Source: Scenedesmus sp. PABB004 (taxonomy: Eukaryota). From it: a DNA stretch of 64,000 nucleotides. The stretch lies in assembly GCA_014905635.1 (NCBI GenBank), contig CM026547.1:1364001-1428000 (forward strand). Reading direction: 5' to 3'. The notes below the pieces were generated by a model. The model was not told the origin of the DNA and did no database searches. It was given only the letters and a program-made list of their open reading frames with translations. The translations under genes and the position numbers were made by a program. How positions within the stretch are numbered: the stretch's first letter is position 1; each line of letters opens with the position of its first letter. Of this stretch, positions 59,454 to 64,000 are shown piece by piece.

Positions 59454-62400
59454 CTACCTGTCGCCGACGTTGCCGCAGCCAGCGCTCGCTGCAGCCGCCC
59501 CTCCGCCAGCTGGCACGGCGGCCGCGCTGCGCTGCATCGCCTGCGCCCCGGTCGCCATCTGCGCGGCCTGCGCCTGCAGCTGCTGCAGCAGCGTGCCCTG
59601 CATCGCCTGTGGGCGGCAGCCGCGGCAGCGGCACCGGCGTCAGCCGGCTCGCTCGAGCGCAGCTCGAGCTCGAGCTGCGCGGCGCGCCGGCAAACTGGCA
59701 CCGCGCCGCGCGGCGCAGCCCCCCCCCCCCCCCCCGCGTTCACGCGCCTGCAGCCGGCCACGCATGTCGGCCAGCGCGACCTCCACGCCGACCTGCGCCG
59801 GTGCGACGCGCGAGGCCAGGCCCACGCCAATGGGCTCCGGCAGCGGCAGCAGCGCGCGCGTGCGCTGCTTGGCCGCCGCCGCCGCGGTGAGGGCGGCGTG
59901 GTGCTGCGGCGGCCGCTGCCCCGCGTCTGCGTCCACGAGCGGGTGCGCCAGGGCGTGCCTGCGCGCCGCGCGGCGGCGTCAGCAGGATCACGCCGCGCGG
60001 TCAACGCACGGCCACCGGTCAACGAGTCAAACGCCGCGCATGCAGCGGCCGCGCCAGCCAGCGTGCCCCGCACCTGAGCCGGTGCACCGCCGCTGCCGAG
60101 TGCGTGGGCGCCCTGTGCGTGTGGTGCGCCAGCTGGCTCACGCACAGGCCGAACGCGACGGCGAGGCGCTCGGTGGGGTCTGACAGCTCCTCCTCCGCCT
60201 GCAGCGCCGCAGCCGCCGGCCCGCCCACCGCGCCCGGCAGCTCGCCGGTGATGCCCACGCCTGGCAACACGGCGGCGGAGGCGCGGCCGGCCCTCGCGCC
60301 CGTGCTGCGCATGCGCGCGCGCGCCGCGGGGCACGCGGGGCGCGGTCGCACCTGTGATGAAGGTCGCGTCGATGACGCCGGCCTCCTCTTCCGCCGCTGC
60401 TGCCGCTGCCACTGCCGCGCCCTCGGCTGCTGCCTCCCTGGCGCGCGACCCGGCCAGCGCTGCGCCGCCGTCCTCCGCCACCGGCGGCAGGCCACCCCAG
60501 GCCGCGATGCCGCGGCCCACGCGGTCAAACGCGGCGACCAGGTCGCCGCGCTGCGTGCCCAGGATGGCGGCGCGCCCGGCGGCCGCGAGCACGCGGCCGG
60601 GCGTGGCCGCCTCCTCGACCGTCACCCGCGGCGGGCGCTGCGCGGCCGGCGCCCGCTCGGCGGCGCGCCGCGCCGCGCGCCCCGGCCGCAGCTCCGCGAG
60701 CTCGATCCGCAGCCCCGGGCGCTCCAGCTCGGACAGCGCGCCGCGCCCCGCCCCGCAGCGCGCCGCGAGCGGCGTGCCCGCCAGCCGCAGCAGCGCCAGC
60801 GCCGGCAGCGCGCGCAGCGGCGCGAGCGCGGCGGCGGCCGCGACCGGGCAACCGCGCAGCTCGAGCCGTGAGAGGCGCGCGAAGCCGGCCAGGCCGTGTG
60901 GGGCTTGGTCCAGGGGGTTGTCGTCCAGGACGAGCCACTCCAGCGCCGGCAGCTGCCCCAGCGGTGCCAGCGCATCGCCGCGCAGGCGGTTGGCGCCCAG
61001 GTCGAGCAGCGCGAGGCGGTCAAAGCCCCGCGCGAGCACCGGCGGCAGGCCGCACAGGCCGTTGGCCGCGGCGTGCAGCGCGGCCAGCCTGCGAGGGCGG
61101 GCGGGCGGCGCGGCGGCGGTTCGGCGGGCTGCCGGCGGCGGGCCCCGCCACCGGCGAGGGTGCGCGCCGCGTGCCACGCGGCGCGCCTCGGCAGCCCAGC
61201 GAGCGGCGAGCCCGGCCCCAGCAGCTGTAGCGCTGGCACGGCGTTGAAGCTGACGTCCAGCACCGACAGGCAGGCAAAGCCGCCGGGGCAGCGCGGCGGC
61301 GGCGGCGGCGGCGGCGGCGCAGCGCCGGGGCCTTGGCGCTCCAGCCCCTGCTGCTGCTGAGCCAGCTCCGGTCCCTCCTCCTCCTCGTCCTCCTCCTCGT
61401 CCTCCTTCACCGCCAGCACGCGCGCGAGGCCTTGCAGCGAGCTGAGCTGGTTGGCCGACGCAGCCAGCTGCTCCAGCGCCGGCAGCCACGCGAGCGCCGC
61501 GACACAGGCGAGGCGGTTGTCGCTCACGTCGACGTGCGTGAGGCTGCAGAACTGCGCCAGCTGTGGGGCGTCCGAGGACCCCGCTGCAGCAGGGGACGCC
61601 GCGCAGCTGCAGCTGGTGATGCCGCGCGAGCTCAGGTCCACCGCGGTCACGGCGTCCGGGGTGGCGGCGGCGCAGCTGCGCAGCAGCAGGTCGCCTGCGA
61701 CGGGGCGGGACAGCCCGGCTCGAGCGCGGGACGCGCTCGCCGCGCCCCCCCCCCCCCCACACACACTCCCCCTCGCGTTCCGTGCCCGCGCACCGTCGAG
61801 CACGAGCGGTGGCGGCGAGGCGGGGCGCGGCGGCGGCGCCGCGCGCGTGAACGCGGGCGGCCCGTGCAGGCTGCGCTGCTGCAGGCGCAGGCGCCGCTGC
61901 ATGCCCTGCGCCGCGAGCACGGCAGCCGCCGACTGCTGCGGGTCGGCGCAGCCGGCGGCCTGGCCGGCCGCCACAGCTGCCGTGCGGACTGCTGCTGCGC
62001 CTGCTTGCGAGCTGCTGTGCGCCGCGCACGCGTCCAGGTGGTCGCTGCTGCACCTCGGCGAGCTGCCCCCGGGGGCTGGCTGCTGGCGCGGTGGCTGCGC
62101 CACGCCGTGCCCCTGGAGCGCGGTCGGCAGCTCGCGAGGCTCTGCGCCCGCGCCGCCGCGGTGCGCGCGGTCGCTTTTGCTCCCGCGCGCCTGCTGCTGG
62201 CACACCTGCTGCAGCAGGTGCTCACGCTCTCGCCGCTGCGGGGCCGCGACAGGCGGCGGCGCCTGCCCCTGGCTGGCGGCACTGGCGCCGCCGCCGGCCT
62301 TCATCGCCGCTGCCGCCGCTGACACCGCTGCCTCCGCCGCTGCCACGATCGCCACAGCGTGCCGCGCCGCCGGCCCGCGCCCTCCGCCGCTGCCGCGCGC

Positions 62401-62803
62401 GCCCGCCGCCGCCGCACCGGCCTGGCCAGTCGGCACAGCACGCCGCTCCGGCCGGGCCTTGCTGGGCGCCCGCTTGGTGCGAGCGGGCGCGGGCAGCGCG
62501 GCAGGCGGCGGCGCAGGCGGTGTGCGCTCTGTGAAGGGCGCGACGACCCTGCCCGGCACGCGGCAGCTGGCGCTGCCTGCACCGCCAGCCGCGCAGCGCG
62601 CCGGCCCTGCGGCGGCAGGGTGGGGCGGTGTGTGTGATGGCCGGCCCCCGCGACGGCGACGCGGGCGCGCACTGCACCCCGCCCCCACCTGTGCCGGCCG
62701 CCGCGCGCGCGGGCTGCTGCGCTTGCTGCTGCTGCTCGCGCCGCGCCAGCGCGGCAGGCCCATCCGGCGGCGGCGCGCTCCAGCCCGCCGCCGGCGTGGC
62801 CAT
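59454..62803 (-). CDS. Leucine-rich-repeat protein, XRRA1-like (3' end uncertain: 59454 or 59640)
   Basis: PLVLDG-DLLL..., LTHVDVSDNRL, LEQLAASANQL, LSVLDVSFNAV, LALLDLGANRL, LEWLVLDDNPL, DATFIT and RLRYALAHPLV. The family call is from memory. Confidence 0.65.
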
Positions 62804-63186
62804 TTGCCGGGCCACTGGTGCTGCTATGAGTGCTGCCGGCGGGCGGGTGCCGCCGCGCGTGGGACGGCGCGCGGGACGGTGGTGCCGCCAGCAGCTCGAC
62901 GGGCGGCGCGTGCGGCGCGCGCTGACCGCGCTTGACCCTCCCGCGTGGGGCGGCGCCGGCTGCTGCTGCAGCGGCGGAGGCGAGAGCGTGGGCAGCTGGG
63001 ACGGACGCGGAAGAGCCGCGCCGCGGGGCAGGGCCGCCGAGAACTGAGCGGGCGCGGCACGGCGTCGGGCGTCACATGCCGGCGGCGACCTGCTCGCACC
63101 CCGGCGCAGCCCCGGGCGCGCCCGGCGCGTGCCGTCTCGCACAGGGCCGACCCCGCCGCGGCCAGGCGACCGCGCAGGGCCCACGC
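62693..63186. repeat. Copy B of ~490-bp direct repeat
   Basis: Near-identical to 52601-53092. Here it spans the divergent promoter between the LRR gene (ATG 62803, minus) and the F-box gene (ATG 63217, plus). Confidence 0.95.
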
Positions 63187-63216
63187 TGCTGTCGCCGCCG
63201 CTGCGACGCGCTCAAG

Positions 63217-64000
63217 ATGGCCGCTGCTGCTGCGGCGGCAGGGGAGCCGCAGCTGCTGGCGGTGCTCGACGACGCCAGCCTGGAAGTGGTGCTGCTTCAC
63301 CTCGACGCGCGCGACCTCGCAGCGGCGCAGGGAGCGTGCCGCCGCCTGCGCGCGGTCGGCGCTGCCGACGCGCCGTGGCTGCGCCTTGTCTGGCTCGACT
63401 ACGGCCTCCCGCTGGTGGTCCAGCGCCCGTCCGCGGCCGGTGCCGCCGCGGGTGGTGCGCGCGCATGCGGCGCGGCGCAGGCCGTGTACTGCGCCCTCGC
63501 GGCGGCGCGCCACGACGTCCGGGCGCTGCACGTGCGCGCCGTCGCGACCGACGGCGGCGCCGACGAGCCGGCCAGCGCGTACTGGGCGGACAACCTGTTC
63601 ACGCCCAAGCAGGCCGTGATGTACTGCAGCGAGATGGGGCGGACGAACATCCACGTCTTTGGCCGCCTCTGCCCCGCGCCGCCGGTGCCGGCGGCGGCGC
63701 CGCCAGCGCTCCCTGGCGCGGGCTGGCTGGAGGCGCAGCGCGCCGCCGACCCTGGGCTCCGGCGCTTCATGCTCCAGCGCTGCGCGGCCGCGGCGGAGCG
63801 CCTGCTCGCGCCCGCGGCCCTCGACGCGGCGCTGCGCGCGCAGCAGCGGGACCGGCTGCGGCAGCTGCCGGAGCAGCTGCAGCAGCAGCAGCTGCACCCG
63901 CGGCCGAGCTCCGGCGGCGGCGGCCTCGCGCGGGGCGTCGCGGCGGTGCTCCGGTGGGGGCGCGGGCCCGCACCGTGGGCGGGCGCGGCGGCGTCGCCCC
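63217..64000 (+). CDS. F-box protein (truncated by window end)
   Basis: LLAVLDDASLEVVLLHLDARDLAAAQGACRRLRAV...W is an F-box pattern. It is followed by ATDGG...YWADNLF...YCS. Confidence 0.7.
   Translation, partial: MAAAAAAAGEPQLLAVLDDASLEVVLLHLDARDLAAAQGACRRLRAVGAADAPWLRLVWLDYGLPLVVQRPSAAGAAAGGARACGAAQAVYCALAAARHDVRALHVRAVATDGGADEPASAYWADNLFTPKQAVMYCSEMGRTNIHVFGRLCPAPPVPAAAPPALPGAGWLEAQRAADPGLRRFMLQRCAAAAERLLAPAALDAALRAQQRDRLRQLPEQLQQQQLHPRPSSGGGGLARGVAAVLRWGRGPAPWAGAAASP

Noticed and set aside
1..64000. Alternative genetic code or prokaryotic origin
   Set aside because: Conserved genes translate with the standard code once introns are removed, and TGA, TAA and TAG all act as stops. Spliceosomal introns and eukaryote-specific genes exclude a prokaryotic origin.

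Overview
This is eukaryotic nuclear DNA, extremely GC-rich (about 80% by eye), gene-dense and intron-rich. It is almost certainly a chlorophyte green alga (Chlorophyceae/Sphaeropleales-like; the taxon is inferred). Most long ORFs in the supplied track are GC-driven artefacts, so gene models were rebuilt by hand from splice sites and protein motifs. About 25 spliced genes are supported: Psb27, a BET/GTE bromodomain protein, POC1, an alpha/beta-hydrolase, an R3H/G-patch protein, an FNBP4-like WW protein, a protein with two hnRNP-Q-acidic-like domains, YchJ/SEC-C, SNU114, CFAP96-like, cytochrome c1, ankyrin-RING, NMD3, a plastid-targeted tandem-repeat protein, two GT32 glycosyltransferases, a secreted Cys/Trp-repeat orphan, a PNPOx-like protein, an FYR-domain protein, TMEM138-like, Bin3/MePCE, Derlin, an XRRA1-like LRR protein, an F-box protein and two hypotheticals. 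Five observations stand out. (1) Two recent near-identical duplications of regulatory DNA are shared by unrelated genes: a ~770-bp inverted terminator/promoter block and a ~490-bp direct promoter+ATG+N-terminus block, each next to a GT32 3' end. (2) A perfect 420-bp exon+intron tandem array builds an 80-aa repeat protein. (3) An intronic box C/D snoRNA with an 18S guide lies inside NMD3. (4) At least 14 GC-AG introns occur. (5) TGTGA appears to replace the canonical TGTAA poly(A) signal. CDS coordinates are whole gene spans including introns.
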